Positions 1-12,833 are shown, numbered from the stretch's first letter. The stretch is DNA of 64,000 nucleotides from an uncultured delta proteobacterium (GCA_963828255.1 CAWHDZ010000031.1:82659-146658), one strand, 5' to 3'. The notes: generated by a model from the sequence alone, not told the origin. Translations and numbers: made by a program.

Positions 1-2611
<2,611 letters not shown>

Positions 2612-2674
2612 GTCCACCGGGGAGCGCATCACGCACGGGCGGAGCGCTCCACACAGGGGCGCTCTGCTCCATTT

Positions 2675-2703
2675 TTGACGCTGTCCCGTCCTTCGACGAC
2701 AAT
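2675..2703 (+). promoter_or_regulatory. Sigma70-like promoter for the transpeptidase gene
   Basis: TTGACG-17 nt-GACAAT, ending 12 nt before the ATG at 2716. Confidence 0.55.
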
Positions 2704-2715
2704 GGCGATATCTCG

Positions 2716-4023
2716 ATGACCAGCCCCCGACTCGCCTCCTGGCTGCTCGCCGCCTTCGGGGCCTTCCTCCTCTTCCTCGCTCTCCCCTGGCCGGCGCCCG
2801 CCGCCGGCATCGACGCGCCGCCCGGAGCGCTCATCCTCGCGGGAGGGCACGAGGCCGAGCCCGCGCCGCTGCCCGGCTCCCCCCCGCGGGTCGCGCCGGT
2901 GATGACGCCCGTCCCCTCCTCCGAGCTCCGCCTCGCCGAGGCCACCCTGGATCGGGTCGCCAACCGGTACGTGGCGCCGCTCGGCTCCGGGAGCGCGGTG
3001 CTGACCACGGTCCCGCGCCTGCAGGAGCGCATCGAGAAGGTGCTCGCCGACCACCGGGTTCCCTGGGCCGCGGCCGTGATGCTCGAGCCCTCCACCGGCC
3101 GCGTGCTCGCCATGGCCGAGCACTCGCAGCGCGAACCCGGCCGCCGCGGCCTGTCGCTCGAGGCCCGCGCGCCTGCCGCCAGCGTCTTCAAGATCGTCAC
3201 CAGCTCGGCGCTGCTCCGGCGCGGCTTCGAGCCGGGCGCCGAGGTCTGCTTCCACGGGGGGCAGCACCGGGTGAAGCCCGCCCTCCTCGCCGACGATCCG
3301 CGGCGCGACCGGCGCTGCCTCTCGCTCTCCTCGGCGCTCGGCAAGAGCGCCAACGTGGTGTTCGCCAAGCTCGCCGACCGTGCGCTCAACGCCACGCTCC
3401 TGCGCGCCGAGGCCGACCGCTTCCTCTTCAACCAGCCCATCCCCTTCGCCCAGCGGGTCGAGACCTCGCGCGCCGAGATCCCCGAGGAGCCCTTCGCGCT
3501 GGCCACCACCGCCGCCGGCTTCGGCCCGGTGCGCCTGTCGCCGCTCCACGGCGCGATCGTGGCCGCCATCATCGCCAACGGCGGGGTCTTCGTGCCGCCC
3601 GACGTCGTGGCCTCGTCCTCGGGGGCCGTGCCGCACCTCTCCGAGGGGCCGCACCGCGTCCTCGATGCCCAGGTCGCCGCCGAGCTCTCCGCCATGATGC
3701 GGACCACCGTCACCGAGGGCACCGGGCGGCGCGCCTTCAAGGCGCCCCGCTCCCGGCAGTCGTCGATGCAGGGGCTCACCGTGGCCGGCAAGACCGGATC
3801 GCTCTCCGAGCCCGACCCCTTCCGCGACTACTCCTGGTTCGTGGGCTTCGCCCCCGCCGACAACCCGCGCGTCGCCTTCGCGGTGGTGGTGGTGAACGAC
3901 CGCAACTGGAGGGTCAAGGCTCCCTGGGTGGCGCGCGCCGCGGTCGAGGCCTGGGCCGACTGGGAGGGGGGACGTCCCGAGGCGGTCACGCCGGTCAAGC
4001 GGGCCCGGGCCCGCAAGCCGTAG
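2716..4023 (+). CDS. Penicillin-binding protein, transpeptidase domain
   Basis: N-terminal hydrophobic anchor, then SxxK (ASVFK), SxN (KSANV) and KTG (GKTGS) motifs plus SWFVGFAP. The start is taken at ATG 2716 inside the over-extended ORF 937..4023. Confidence 0.9.
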   Translation: MTSPRLASWLLAAFGAFLLFLALPWPAPAAGIDAPPGALILAGGHEAEPAPLPGSPPRVAPVMTPVPSSELRLAEATLDRVANRYVAPLGSGSAVLTTVPRLQERIEKVLADHRVPWAAAVMLEPSTGRVLAMAEHSQREPGRRGLSLEARAPAASVFKIVTSSALLRRGFEPGAEVCFHGGQHRVKPALLADDPRRDRRCLSLSSALGKSANVVFAKLADRALNATLLRAEADRFLFNQPIPFAQRVETSRAEIPEEPFALATTAAGFGPVRLSPLHGAIVAAIIANGGVFVPPDVVASSSGAVPHLSEGPHRVLDAQVAAELSAMMRTTVTEGTGRRAFKAPRSRQSSMQGLTVAGKTGSLSEPDPFRDYSWFVGFAPADNPRVAFAVVVVNDRNWRVKAPWVARAAVEAWADWEGGRPEAVTPVKRARARKP

Positions 4024-4034
4024 CCGGCGGTCCG

Positions 4035-5159
4035 TCAGGCCGCCCGCAACTCCACCACGCCCCGCTCGACGAAGCCGCGGAAGGCCTTCAGCACCTCCAG
4101 CTCGTCGAGGGGAGCGACCTGGGCGATCTGCCCGAGCGCGCGACGCCCGTCGCAGCGGGAGAGCAGGTACTTCTGCGAGGCGTCGAGGCCGAGGCCTGCG
4201 ATCTCGCCCGCGGAGAGCCGGACCACCGGGATGGCCCGCCGGTCGAGCGAGGCGCGGAGGGACGCCCCCAGCGCCTCCCGCGCCGAAGAGAGCGCCTTGC
4301 GCGCGTCGTCGGAGGAGGGCGCCGCGCCCAGCGCCCGCGCCGCCGCCAGCTCCGCCTCGGCCGGGCGACCCTCGGCGAGCAGCCGCGCCGATTCCTCGAG
4401 CACCGCGCCCACCTGCTCGGCGTCCTCCAGGACCGCGTCCTCGATGATCTCGATGTCGGCGGCGGTCACGACCCCCTGGCGCGCCAGGGCGTAGAGCCGC
4501 TGGTAGAGGTGGAACTCGGTGGCGTGGAGCGCGAGACCGATCTCGTCGATGGTGCGGCCGCTTGAGGCCAGCATGAGGAGCTTGCCGTCGATGGTGCCCT
4601 CGCCTGCGCTGGCGGGGATCCGCGACTCGTCCACGATCAGGGTGGCGCCGCTGCTGGGGAACTGGGACAGGAAGGCGTCCCAGGCCGTGGCCCGGAACTC
4701 GGCCTCCTTGAGGATGTCGGGGAGCGGCACCGAGACGGCCAGCTCGTCCTCGGTGGCGGCGGGAGGCTCCTCGTCCACGCGGAACACGCCCGACTCCCAG
4801 CGGAAGACGTCGAGCAGCGTCTCGCGGATCTTGATGGAGAGCGATTCGCGGAGGACCCGCGGCTGGACGAGCCCCACCATGGCGAGCACCTTGCCGAGCC
4901 GGATGCGGGTCTCCTGCTGGGTGCGGAAGGCCTTGGCGAGCTGCTCCTCGTCGATGTGGCCGAAGTTGATGAGCAGCTGCCCCAGGAACTCGCGCGGGTC
5001 GGTGGAGGCCGCGCCGACCGCGTTTCCTTCGCGCAGGTAGACGGTCTTGCGGACCGCGCCGCGCTCGCAGGTCAGGGAGCCGGTCACCGTGCGGCGCCCC
5101 AGGAACTCCACGAGCTCCGGGAGCGGCATGAACGACAGGCTGCCCGCGAGGCCACGCAC
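4035..5159 (-). CDS. DUF4388 (PatA_N-like) domain protein
   Basis: N-terminal [24 protein letters not shown] and [11 protein letters not shown]...RLGKVL pattern typical of myxobacterial DUF4388 proteins. Start taken at GTG 5159. Confidence 0.75.
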   Translation of the reverse strand: MRGLAGSLSFMPLPELVEFLGRRTVTGSLTCERGAVRKTVYLREGNAVGAASTDPREFLGQLLINFGHIDEEQLAKAFRTQQETRIRLGKVLAMVGLVQPRVLRESLSIKIRETLLDVFRWESGVFRVDEEPPAATEDELAVSVPLPDILKEAEFRATAWDAFLSQFPSSGATLIVDESRIPASAGEGTIDGKLLMLASSGRTIDEIGLALHATEFHLYQRLYALARQGVVTAADIEIIEDAVLEDAEQVGAVLEESARLLAEGRPAEAELAAARALGAAPSSDDARKALSSAREALGASLRASLDRRAIPVVRLSAGEIAGLGLDASQKYLLSRCDGRRALGQIAQVAPLDELEVLKAFRGFVERGVVELRAA

Positions 5160-5224
5160 GCGGACGAGTTTCCCCGGAAAGAGCCGTGGCGGCAAGGAAC
5201 GGACCGGGGTATGACCGGCGGCGC

Positions 5225-5860
5225 ATGGACGCCGCCGAGCAGAAGACCCCCGGGAAGAGCGGGAAGCGCACACCCGTCGTCGCCGCCGTCGCCCTCTTCG
5301 TCGCGGTGGCTGCCGGCTGGACCGGCTGGCAGCTCTGGGTCGAGGGACCGCGCCAGGCCGCGCTGGCCCGGGAGAAGGCCTTCGCCGTGACGCCGGTCGC
5401 CCGCCCGGCGCCCGCGCCGCCCGTCCTCGGCACGACCGCAGACGGCACGCCGTTCACCCTGGCCGAGGCGCGAGGCCAGGTGGTCTTCGTGAACTTCTGG
5501 GCCACCTGGTGCCCACCCTGCCGGGAGGAGATGCCCTCCATGCTCCAGCTCGGGCGCGACCTCTCGGCGCGCCACCCCGGGAAGTTCCGGATGGTGGCGG
5601 TCACGGTGGACGACGGCTGGCCGGAGGTGATGCAGTTCTTCGGCGGTCGCCTCCCCTCCGGGATCGACGTCGTCCACGACCCCGAACAGAAGGCGACCCG
5701 GGATTACTTCTGCCTGGCGCGGGGCGCCTGCCCGGATTCCTTCAAGTTCCCGGAGACCTACGTCGTGGACGCTTCCGGGAAGCTCGTCTCCTACGTCGTC
5801 GGCCCCCGGGACTGGAACGATCCCGCCGCGCGGGCCTTCCTGGAGCGGCTGATTCCCTAG
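5225..5860 (+). CDS. TlpA/ResA-family thiol-disulfide oxidoreductase, membrane anchored
   Basis: N-terminal TM segment, [19 protein letters not shown], and cis-Pro FPETYVVD. Confidence 0.92.
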   Translation: MDAAEQKTPGKSGKRTPVVAAVALFVAVAAGWTGWQLWVEGPRQAALAREKAFAVTPVARPAPAPPVLGTTADGTPFTLAEARGQVVFVNFWATWCPPCREEMPSMLQLGRDLSARHPGKFRMVAVTVDDGWPEVMQFFGGRLPSGIDVVHDPEQKATRDYFCLARGACPDSFKFPETYVVDASGKLVSYVVGPRDWNDPAARAFLERLIP

Positions 5861-5937
5861 GGACATCGCCGGGCCAGGCCGGACGGCTCCGACGCCCCAC
5901 CAGGGTCTGGCGCTGCGGCGCCGGAAACGCTTCTCTG

Positions 5938-5950
5938 TAAATGTTTGATT
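5938..5950 (-). promoter_or_regulatory. IHF consensus site in an AT-rich promoter region
   Basis: The reverse complement AATCAAACATTTA matches WATCAANNNNTTR exactly, and TATAAT follows at 5955-5960. Confidence 0.4.
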
Positions 5951-6113
5951 TCGCTATAATTTTCCAGATACGCGCATCCGCTGTCCTGCTCGGCCCGCCG
6001 GAAATTCACCCCCCGCGAACCGATCCTGTTGAAGGCTCTTGGAGTGATGCCATATAACTATCTGGATTTCCGTGAAATCTCGGCATTCCGGACCTGTGGA
6101 ACGCGGAGGGAAC

Positions 6114-7100
6114 GTGGCGAAGGAAGCGACGGGCATCCCGGTCGTTGTGGCGGGCCTCGGCGAGGTCGGCCGCGCCATCGTGCGCGCGGTCCTCTCCTCC
6201 GCCGACCTGACGCTGGTCGGGGCGGTCGATCCCTCCTTCGCGAGGCAGGAGCTCGACGCGCTCGTCGGGCTGCCCACCGGTCTCGAGGTCGAGGCCGACC
6301 CGGCCCGGTCCTTCCGCGCCGCCCGCGGAGGGGTCCTCCTCCTCGCCACCTCCTCCCGGTTCCTCGAGGTGCTCCCGGCCATCGAGCAGGCGGTCCGCGC
6401 GGGACTCTCGGTCGTCTCCACGTGCGAGGAGCTCGGCTACCCCTGGCTCGCGCACGAGGCTGAGGCCGACGCCCTCGACGCGCTCTGCGAGAAGAACGAC
6501 GTGGCCGTGGTCGCCGCCGGCGTGAACCCGGGGCTGGCGCTCGACCGGCTGCCGGCGCTCCTCTCCCAGGGCACCGGTGCGGTGCGCCGCCTCGAGGCCA
6601 GGCGCGTCGTCGATCTCTCCGGCGGGCGCGAGGCGCTCTGGCGGAAGGCCGGCGTCGGCCTCACCCCGGCCGAGTTCCAGAGGGCCGTGGAGGTGGACGC
6701 CATCGGCCACGTCGGGCTTGCCGAGTCGGCGACGCTGGCGGCGCTGGGCTGCGGCCTCGACCTCGACGAGCTCGAGGAGGAGGCCGAGCCGGTGCTGGCG
6801 ACCCGCGACCTGGCCGGCGCGATGCTGGTGCAGAAGGGCGGCGTGGCGGGCATCCGGCAGGTCGCCCGCGGCTGGCAGGAGGGGCGCGAGGTGGTCCGGC
6901 TGGAGGTGGTGCTGGCGGTCGGCGCGGAGGACCCGCGCGACGAGGTCCGGATCGAGGCCGACCCGCCGCTCCGGCTCGTCGTCCCCGGCGGCTTCCCCGG
7001 CGAGGCCTCGACCGCCTGGTCGGTGGTCCACGCGGCCGCCGCCATTCCCCTGCTGCAGGGGCTCGTCACGGTGCTCGACCTCCCCCCGGGGCGGTCCTGA
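6114..7100 (+). CDS. NAD(P)-dependent amine dehydrogenase (DapB-like / 2,4-diaminopentanoate dehydrogenase family)
   Basis: Rossmann GLGEVGR, VVSTCEELGYPW, GVNPG, GHVGLAES and C-terminal GFPGEASTA. SD GGAGGG precedes GTG 6114. Confidence 0.8.
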   Translation: MAKEATGIPVVVAGLGEVGRAIVRAVLSSADLTLVGAVDPSFARQELDALVGLPTGLEVEADPARSFRAARGGVLLLATSSRFLEVLPAIEQAVRAGLSVVSTCEELGYPWLAHEAEADALDALCEKNDVAVVAAGVNPGLALDRLPALLSQGTGAVRRLEARRVVDLSGGREALWRKAGVGLTPAEFQRAVEVDAIGHVGLAESATLAALGCGLDLDELEEEAEPVLATRDLAGAMLVQKGGVAGIRQVARGWQEGREVVRLEVVLAVGAEDPRDEVRIEADPPLRLVVPGGFPGEASTAWSVVHAAAAIPLLQGLVTVLDLPPGRS

Positions 7101-7111
7101 GCGAGGTGCGC

Positions 7112-7549
7112 ATGCTCGACAAGACCCTCATCGGACGGGAGAGCGAGTCCACCATGGTCGAGGTGGAGAGGGGCGCCATCCGGCGCCTCGCCGACGCCGT
7201 CGGCGACGCCAACCCCATCCACACCGACGAGGCGGCGGCCCGGTCGGCCGGCTTCGCCTCCCTGGTGGCGCCGCTGACCTTCCCGGGGGTGCTCGCCCAG
7301 AACGAGCGCTTCCGCCACTCCCTCGACCTGGGCACGCGGTCGCTCCTGCTCGGCGAGGAGTCCATCGAGTACGGGCGCCCCATCGTCGCCGGTGATCGAC
7401 TCACGGTGAAAACGAAGGTGGCCGACGTCCAGGAGCGCGCCGGGACCAGCGGCGCCACCGACGTCCTGATCCTCGAGACCGAGGGGCGCGGAGCCGAGGG
7501 CGAGTTCGTCTTCCGCACGCGCGAGACCTACATCCTGCGGCGCGGCTAG
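7112..7549 (+). CDS. MaoC-like hotdog dehydratase, N-terminal type (HadA-like)
   Basis: VERGAIRRLADAVGDANPIHTDE and LLLGEESIEYGRPIVAGD. Confidence 0.85.
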   Translation: MLDKTLIGRESESTMVEVERGAIRRLADAVGDANPIHTDEAAARSAGFASLVAPLTFPGVLAQNERFRHSLDLGTRSLLLGEESIEYGRPIVAGDRLTVKTKVADVQERAGTSGATDVLILETEGRGAEGEFVFRTRETYILRRG

Positions 7550-7562
7550 GAAGGGGAACCCT

Positions 7563-8390
7563 GTGCTCCTGGCACGGCAGCTCTACTTCGAGGCGGTCAA
7601 GGTCGGCGACGAGCTCCCGCCGCTGGTGAAGCCGCCGGTGGATCGCTCACAGGTCGCCCGCTTCTGCGGGGCCGCCGGGGACTACGGCCCGCTCCACGTG
7701 GACGAGCCCTTCGCGCGGAACGCCGGCTTCCCCAGCGTCCTCGTCCCGGGGATGCTCGCCATGGGCTTCCTGGGCGAGCTGGTGACCGACTGGCTGCGCG
7801 GGGCGCGGGTCCGGCGCTTCGGTGCACGGTTCGTGAAGATCGTCTGGCCCGGCGACGTGGTGACGGTGCGCGGCCGCGTGGTCGACCGGCGCTTCGAGGC
7901 CGGGGGGCGCTACGCGGTGGACATCGAGGTCTGGGGCGAGAACCAGCGCGGGGAGCTGGTGGTGCGGGGCGCGGTGACGGCCCAGCTCTTCTACAGCGGC
8001 GACGACGAGACGCGGCAGCGCGGCGGCCAGCCGCCCCTCGTGGTGACTCCGGCCGAGGAGGAGGAGCGGCTCGCCAAGCTCTCCCGCAGCACCGCGCCGG
8101 CGCGACCGGCGGTGGGAACGCGCCCGGCCGCCGCCCCGGCGAAGGTCCAGCCAGCGAAGGTCCAGCCGGCGAAGCCCGCGGCCGTGGCGCAGAAGAGCGC
8201 GCCCCCGGGGCCGGCGCAGCAGAAGGTCCCGCCCCGGCCGGAGCCGGGGCCCGTCGCGAAGGCGGCACCGAAGGCGGCACCGAAGGCCGTCGCGAAGCCC
8301 ACGAAGAAGGCACCCGTCAAGAAGGCTCCGGCGGGGAATCCCGCCCCGAAGAAGGCCGTCGCGAAGACGAAGGCCGGCAAGCGGCGCTGA
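7563..8390 (+). CDS. MaoC-family dehydratase (HadB-like) with a Pro/Ala/Lys-rich C-terminal tail
   Basis: Hydratase motif GDYGPLHVDEPFA...GFPSVLVPGM, followed by about 100 aa of low-complexity basic tail. Confidence 0.85.
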   Translation: MLLARQLYFEAVKVGDELPPLVKPPVDRSQVARFCGAAGDYGPLHVDEPFARNAGFPSVLVPGMLAMGFLGELVTDWLRGARVRRFGARFVKIVWPGDVVTVRGRVVDRRFEAGGRYAVDIEVWGENQRGELVVRGAVTAQLFYSGDDETRQRGGQPPLVVTPAEEEERLAKLSRSTAPARPAVGTRPAAAPAKVQPAKVQPAKPAAVAQKSAPPGPAQQKVPPRPEPGPVAKAAPKAAPKAVAKPTKKAPVKKAPAGNPAPKKAVAKTKAGKRR

Positions 8391-9211
8391 TGCTGCTCCT
8401 CGCGCTCGCCCTGCTCGGCGCGACCGCTGCGCCCGCGCCCCCGCAGCCCCACGGCGCCACCAGCCGGGCCGCCCGGATCGCGCGGGGAGACCTTGCGTTC
8501 GCCGAGCGCGGAGACCCGTCGCGCCTCGCCGAGGCCATCGCCGAGTGGACCGGCGCCGCCGAGCCCCACCGGCCGGACGACCCCGCCGTCGAGCTCCGCC
8601 TGGCCCGGGCCGAGGCCTTCCGGGCCCTGGCGGATCCCGCCTCGGCCGGCGCCGCCTGGGTCGCCTCCTCGCGCGCGGCCGAGCGTGCCCTGCGCCGCCT
8701 CTCGCCCGCATGGGTCGAGGCCGTGGAGAAGGGGGACCTCGTCGGCGCGCCCTCCCGTGTCGGGACGGAGGGGGCCGAGGCCCTCTACTGGCTGGCGCTC
8801 GCCACCTGGTCCTCGGCGCGCGAGAAGGGGCTCCCGGCGCTGCTCGCCGTGAAGGACCCGGCGCTCGCCGCGATGGAACGCGCCGCCTCGCTCGCCGGGG
8901 CGGTGGACTGCGGGGGCCCGCACCGTGCGCTGGGCGCCTGGGCCGCGTCGCTGCCGGCGGCGGTGGGTGGCGGCGTGGCCCGCTCGCGACGCCACCTCGA
9001 GCAGGCCCGCGCGCTCGGCCCGGGCTGCCTCCTCACCCCGGTCGCCGAGGCCGGTTCGCTCCTCGTCCTGCTCCAGGACAGGGCCGCCTTCGAACGGATG
9101 CTCGCCGAGGTGGAGGGGGCAGGGGACGCCGATCCGCGCTGGGCGCCCGAGAACGAGGTGGCGCGTCGCCAGGCCAGGGAACTCCGGGCGCGCGCCGCCC
9201 GGCTATTCTGA
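8390..9211 (+). CDS. Exported TPR-like protein (TatT-like)
   Basis: Signal peptide, helical repeats, ALYW...GGPHRALG...P..GG motif and PENEVARRQA. Start overlaps the upstream stop (TGATG). Confidence 0.6.
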   Translation: MLLLALALLGATAAPAPPQPHGATSRAARIARGDLAFAERGDPSRLAEAIAEWTGAAEPHRPDDPAVELRLARAEAFRALADPASAGAAWVASSRAAERALRRLSPAWVEAVEKGDLVGAPSRVGTEGAEALYWLALATWSSAREKGLPALLAVKDPALAAMERAASLAGAVDCGGPHRALGAWAASLPAAVGGGVARSRRHLEQARALGPGCLLTPVAEAGSLLVLLQDRAAFERMLAEVEGAGDADPRWAPENEVARRQARELRARAARLF

Positions 9212-9232
9212 ACCACGAGAGGGAGAAGGCAC

Positions 9233-9604
9233 ATGGCAGACCAGATCCGGGACAGCGAGAAGAGCCCGTCCGCGGCGCCCCCGACGCCCAGGGCGGACAA
9301 GGGGGGGCTCGCGGCGGCGATGGTGTGGATGCTCGTGCTCTCGCTGCTCCTCTTCTGGGTGCCGGTGCTGGGGATGTTCATCGCCGGACTGATCGGAGGG
9401 CGGAAGGCCGGGAGCGTGGGCACCGCCATCGCCGCGGTCCTGTTGCCGGCGCTGGTGGTGGCGGTGGTGATGTTCTTCATGGCGACCGCGCTCACCGGGA
9501 TGCCCGTCCTGGGCGCCATCGCGGGGTTCGGGGCAGGGGTGCTCGTGGTGGCGAACGTGGTGCCGCTCCTCGTCGGGGCGGTCGTGGGCGGCATCCTGGC
9601 GTAG
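9233..9604 (+). CDS. Small integral membrane protein of unknown function
   Basis: Four hydrophobic segments, SD GGAG upstream, operonic position. Confidence 0.75.
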   Translation: MADQIRDSEKSPSAAPPTPRADKGGLAAAMVWMLVLSLLLFWVPVLGMFIAGLIGGRKAGSVGTAIAAVLLPALVVAVVMFFMATALTGMPVLGAIAGFGAGVLVVANVVPLLVGAVVGGILA

Positions 9605-9613
9605 GGTGTCGCC

Positions 9614-10789
9614 ATGAGCGAGCCGAAGCTGGGGACGCTGGCGGTCCACGCCGGCGAGGGCGAGACCCTCTCCGTCCCCTCCACCACCACCCCCGTCTAC
9701 CAGGCCACCACCTACCGCTTCGAGAGCGCCGCCGACGCCGCCGCCTACCTCGACGCCCCGGAGGGGCGCTGGCTCTACGCGCGCCTGGAGAACCCCACCG
9801 TGGTCGCGGCCGAGCGGAAGATCGCCGCCCTCGAGGGGGCCGAGGCCGCGGCCTGCTTCTCCTCCGGGATGGCCGCCCTCACCGCGGCGCTCCTCTCCTC
9901 GCTGCGGGCCGGGGACGCGCTGCTCCTCTGCGACACCATCTACGGGCAGACCACGCGGCTGGCGCGGGACGTGCTCGAGCGCTTCGGCGTCGAGATCCGC
10001 GTCGTCCCCTTCGACGGGCTGGCCGCGGCGGTGGCGGCCGCGCCGGGGAACGCCCGGGCGCTGGTCTTCGAGAGCCCCACCAACCCCATGCTGCGCGTCG
10101 CCGACGTCCCGGCCGTGGCGGCGGCCTGCCGGGCGCGCGGGATCCGCACCGTCTTCGACGCCACCTTCGCCTCGCCCGTGAACCTCCGTGCCATTTCACT
10201 CGGAGTGGACCTGGTGGTCCACAGCACCACCAAGTTCCTGAACGGCCACTCCGACCACCTGGGCGGGGTGGTGGCCGGGTCGCGCGCGCTCCTGGCCGGG
10301 GTCCTCGCCATGCGCCGCTCCACCGGCGGGAACCTGGACGCCGCGGCGGCCTACGACCTGCTGCGCGGCCTGAAGACCCTGGAGATCCGGGTCCTGCGCC
10401 AGAACGACACCGCGCTGCGCCTGGCCCGGGCGCTGGAAGGGCACCCCCGGGTGGAACGGGTGGACTACCCGTTCCTGGAGTCCCACCCCGATCACGCCAT
10501 GGCCCGGCGGCTCCTGCGCGGCGGGGGCGGGGTCCTGTCTTTCACCGTCCGTGGAGGGTACGAGGCCGTGGCCCGGGTGCACGACGCGCTGCGGCTGGTG
10601 GCCCGGGCCAGCTCGCTGGGCGGGGTGGAGAGCCTGGCCTCCATCCCCGTCATCTCCTCCCACCGCAACGCCACCGACGCCGAGCTCCTCGCCCAGCGGA
10701 TCGGGCGTGGCACGCTCCGGGTCTCGGTCGGCCTGGAGGACCCGGACGACCTCCTGGCCGACCTGCTCCAGGCGCTGGAGCGGGCGTGA
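9614..10789 (+). CDS. PLP-dependent trans-sulfuration enzyme (cystathionine gamma-synthase/lyase or methionine gamma-lyase family)
   Basis: YARLENPT, FSSGMAA, FESPTNP, PLP-lysine HSTTKFLNGHSD, SSLGGVESL and LRVSVGLED. Confidence 0.93.
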   Translation: MSEPKLGTLAVHAGEGETLSVPSTTTPVYQATTYRFESAADAAAYLDAPEGRWLYARLENPTVVAAERKIAALEGAEAAACFSSGMAALTAALLSSLRAGDALLLCDTIYGQTTRLARDVLERFGVEIRVVPFDGLAAAVAAAPGNARALVFESPTNPMLRVADVPAVAAACRARGIRTVFDATFASPVNLRAISLGVDLVVHSTTKFLNGHSDHLGGVVAGSRALLAGVLAMRRSTGGNLDAAAAYDLLRGLKTLEIRVLRQNDTALRLARALEGHPRVERVDYPFLESHPDHAMARRLLRGGGGVLSFTVRGGYEAVARVHDALRLVARASSLGGVESLASIPVISSHRNATDAELLAQRIGRGTLRVSVGLEDPDDLLADLLQALERA

Positions 10790-11619
10790 CCAGGAGACCC
10801 CTCCTGGCGGCGGGGGTGGCCGTTGCCGCCGCCGCGCTCCTCACGGGCTGCGTCCGGGCGCCGCCCCCCGACCTCTCCCGCGACCCCGCCCCGCTCCTCG
10901 CGCAGGTCCGGGCGGCACAGGAGCGCGTCACCTCCTGCCGCGGCTCGGCGCGCCTCTCGATCTCCTCGCCCGACCTCTCCGGCTCGCTCGATGCCTGGGT
11001 CGCCGCCGAGAGCCCTGGCCGGCTCCGGGTGGAGGTCTTCGACTTCTTCGGGAACCCGGCGGCGGTGCTGGTCGCCGGCGGCGGCCGCTTCGCCCTGCTC
11101 GACGCGCGGGCCGGGACGCTTCACCGCGGCGCGGACACGCCCGAGAACCTGTCGCGGCTCCTCCCGGTGCCGCTCGGCGCCCGCGAGCTGGCCCGCGTGG
11201 TCTGCGGCAGCGTGCCCCTCCTCGACGGGCGGGCGGTGGCCGCCGAGCCGGGGGACGGCGTGGTGCTGCTCGAGATCGCCGGTGCCGGTGGGCGGCAGGT
11301 CCTGGCGGTGGGCGACGGCGCCTCGATCGTCACCGCGAGCCAGCTGCCCGGCGTCCGGGGCGGGACTCCCTGGAGGGCCGCCTTCTCCGTCTTCCGGCAC
11401 CCGGGCGGCCGCCGCTTCCCCACCGAGGTGGAACTGCGCGGCGGCGGCGCGGAGATCGGGCTGCGCTGGAGGGACGATCTCGAGGTGAACGGCGCGCCCG
11501 ACGAGCCCCTCTTCACGCTCGATCCCCCGCGCGGCGTCCGGGTGATCGACCTCGAGCCGGGAGCGCCTCCGCCCCCGCTCGCGTTGCCGATCCGTCCCGC
11601 GCCCCCTGGCCAGCGATGA
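10786..11619 (+). CDS. Lipoprotein, LolA/LolB-like fold (DUF4292-like)
   Basis: GTG overlaps the upstream TGA. Lipobox LTGC and RLRVEVFDFFGNP motif. Confidence 0.7.
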   Translation: MTRRPLLAAGVAVAAAALLTGCVRAPPPDLSRDPAPLLAQVRAAQERVTSCRGSARLSISSPDLSGSLDAWVAAESPGRLRVEVFDFFGNPAAVLVAGGGRFALLDARAGTLHRGADTPENLSRLLPVPLGARELARVVCGSVPLLDGRAVAAEPGDGVVLLEIAGAGGRQVLAVGDGASIVTASQLPGVRGGTPWRAAFSVFRHPGGRRFPTEVELRGGGAEIGLRWRDDLEVNGAPDEPLFTLDPPRGVRVIDLEPGAPPPPLALPIRPAPPGQR

Positions 11620-11722
11620 CCCGGGGATCCGGGAACACCGGGGCCCCCCGGGCGGTTCGCCTTGAATCCACCGGGAAATCGGCTAGCTTTTCCCCTCCCC
11701 GGACCCCGAAAGGCGCGCAGAC

Positions 11723-12382
11723 GTGAACATGGAACTCCTCACGGTCCTCAAGACCGGTGGTGTCGCGATGTGGATCATCGCGCTCTTCTCGGTCCTGGCC
11801 GTGGCCGTCGCGGTCGAGCGGGTCCTCGCGCTCTGGCGCTTCACCGACAACGCCCGCAGCCTGGCCGACGCGGTGACCCGCTCGCTTCTCCGCGGCGACG
11901 CCGAGGACGCCCGCGCCCAGGCCGAGCGCTCCACCTCGCCCGCCGCGGAGGTCTTCCTGGCCGCCCTCGTGCCCACGCCTCCGGGCAAGCGGCCGGCCAC
12001 CGACGCCCGGATCGAGGCCGCGGTGGAGAGGCAGCGGCAGGAGGCCAACCAGAAGCTCAGGGCCCGACTCTGGATCCTCGGGACCATCGGCGCCACCGCC
12101 CCCTTCATCGGCCTCTTCGGAACCGTGGTCGGCATCATGCGCGCCTTCCACCAGATGGGCGTGACCGGCCAGGGCGGCTTCAGCGTGGTCGCCGCCGGCA
12201 TCTCCGAGGCCCTCATCACCACCGCCGGCGGCATCGCGGTGGCCATCGAGGCGGTCATCCTCTACAACATGCTGAACGTCCTTGCCGGACGGCTGCAGCT
12301 CCAGCTCAAGCTCCTCACCGAGGAGTTCCTGGAGATCGTGAAGGAAGTCCGCGCCGGTCCCGCCGGAACCCAGGAGCCCTGA
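11723..12382 (+). CDS. MotA/TolQ/ExbB proton-channel protein
   Basis: LGTIGATAPFIGLFGTVVGIMRAF and AGISEALITTAGG. A possible promoter TTGAAT-16-TAGCTT lies at 11662-11689. Confidence 0.95.
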   Translation: MNMELLTVLKTGGVAMWIIALFSVLAVAVAVERVLALWRFTDNARSLADAVTRSLLRGDAEDARAQAERSTSPAAEVFLAALVPTPPGKRPATDARIEAAVERQRQEANQKLRARLWILGTIGATAPFIGLFGTVVGIMRAFHQMGVTGQGGFSVVAAGISEALITTAGGIAVAIEAVILYNMLNVLAGRLQLQLKLLTEEFLEIVKEVRAGPAGTQEP

Positions 12383-12383
12383 C

Positions 12384-12833
12384 ATGTCGATGAACACACC
12401 CGAGGACGAGGGCGGCACCGGGACGGGCGCGGGGATCTTCGCCGACATCAACATCACCCCGCTCACCGACATCTTCCTCGTCCTCCTCATCATCTTCATG
12501 GTGACCACCACCGCCATCGCCGAGGCGGGCGGGCAGAACGGCGGGATCAAGGTCAGCCTCCCCAAGGGAGGCCAGGCCAACGCCGTGAAGGAGGTCCACG
12601 ACCTCGCCATCGCCGTCCTCTCCGACGGCCGGGTCGTGGTGCAGGGCAAGGTGGTGGATCAGGACGCGCTGAAGAAGGTCCTCGAGAAGGCCCGCGCCGA
12701 GAACCCGGAGACCCTGGTGCTCGTGCAGGCCGACGAAGGGGTGGCCCACGGCAAGGTCGTGGCCGTGATGGACATGGCCCGGCGCGAGGGGCTGCCGCGC
12801 CTGGCCATCGCCACCCGCGCCGACGCACCCTGA
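12384..12833 (+). CDS. ExbD/TolR biopolymer transport protein
   Basis: DINITPLTDIFLVLLIIFMVT and VQADEGVAHGKVVAVMD. Confidence 0.95.
   Translation: MSMNTPEDEGGTGTGAGIFADINITPLTDIFLVLLIIFMVTTTAIAEAGGQNGGIKVSLPKGGQANAVKEVHDLAIAVLSDGRVVVQGKVVDQDALKKVLEKARAENPETLVLVQADEGVAHGKVVAVMDMARREGLPRLAIATRADAP

Noticed and set aside
8137..8390. Short repeats in the MaoC tail and ppdK tail as a CRISPR or other DNA-level repeat array
   Set aside because: They are in-frame coding repeats of 12-18 nt without spacers, and no cas genes are present.
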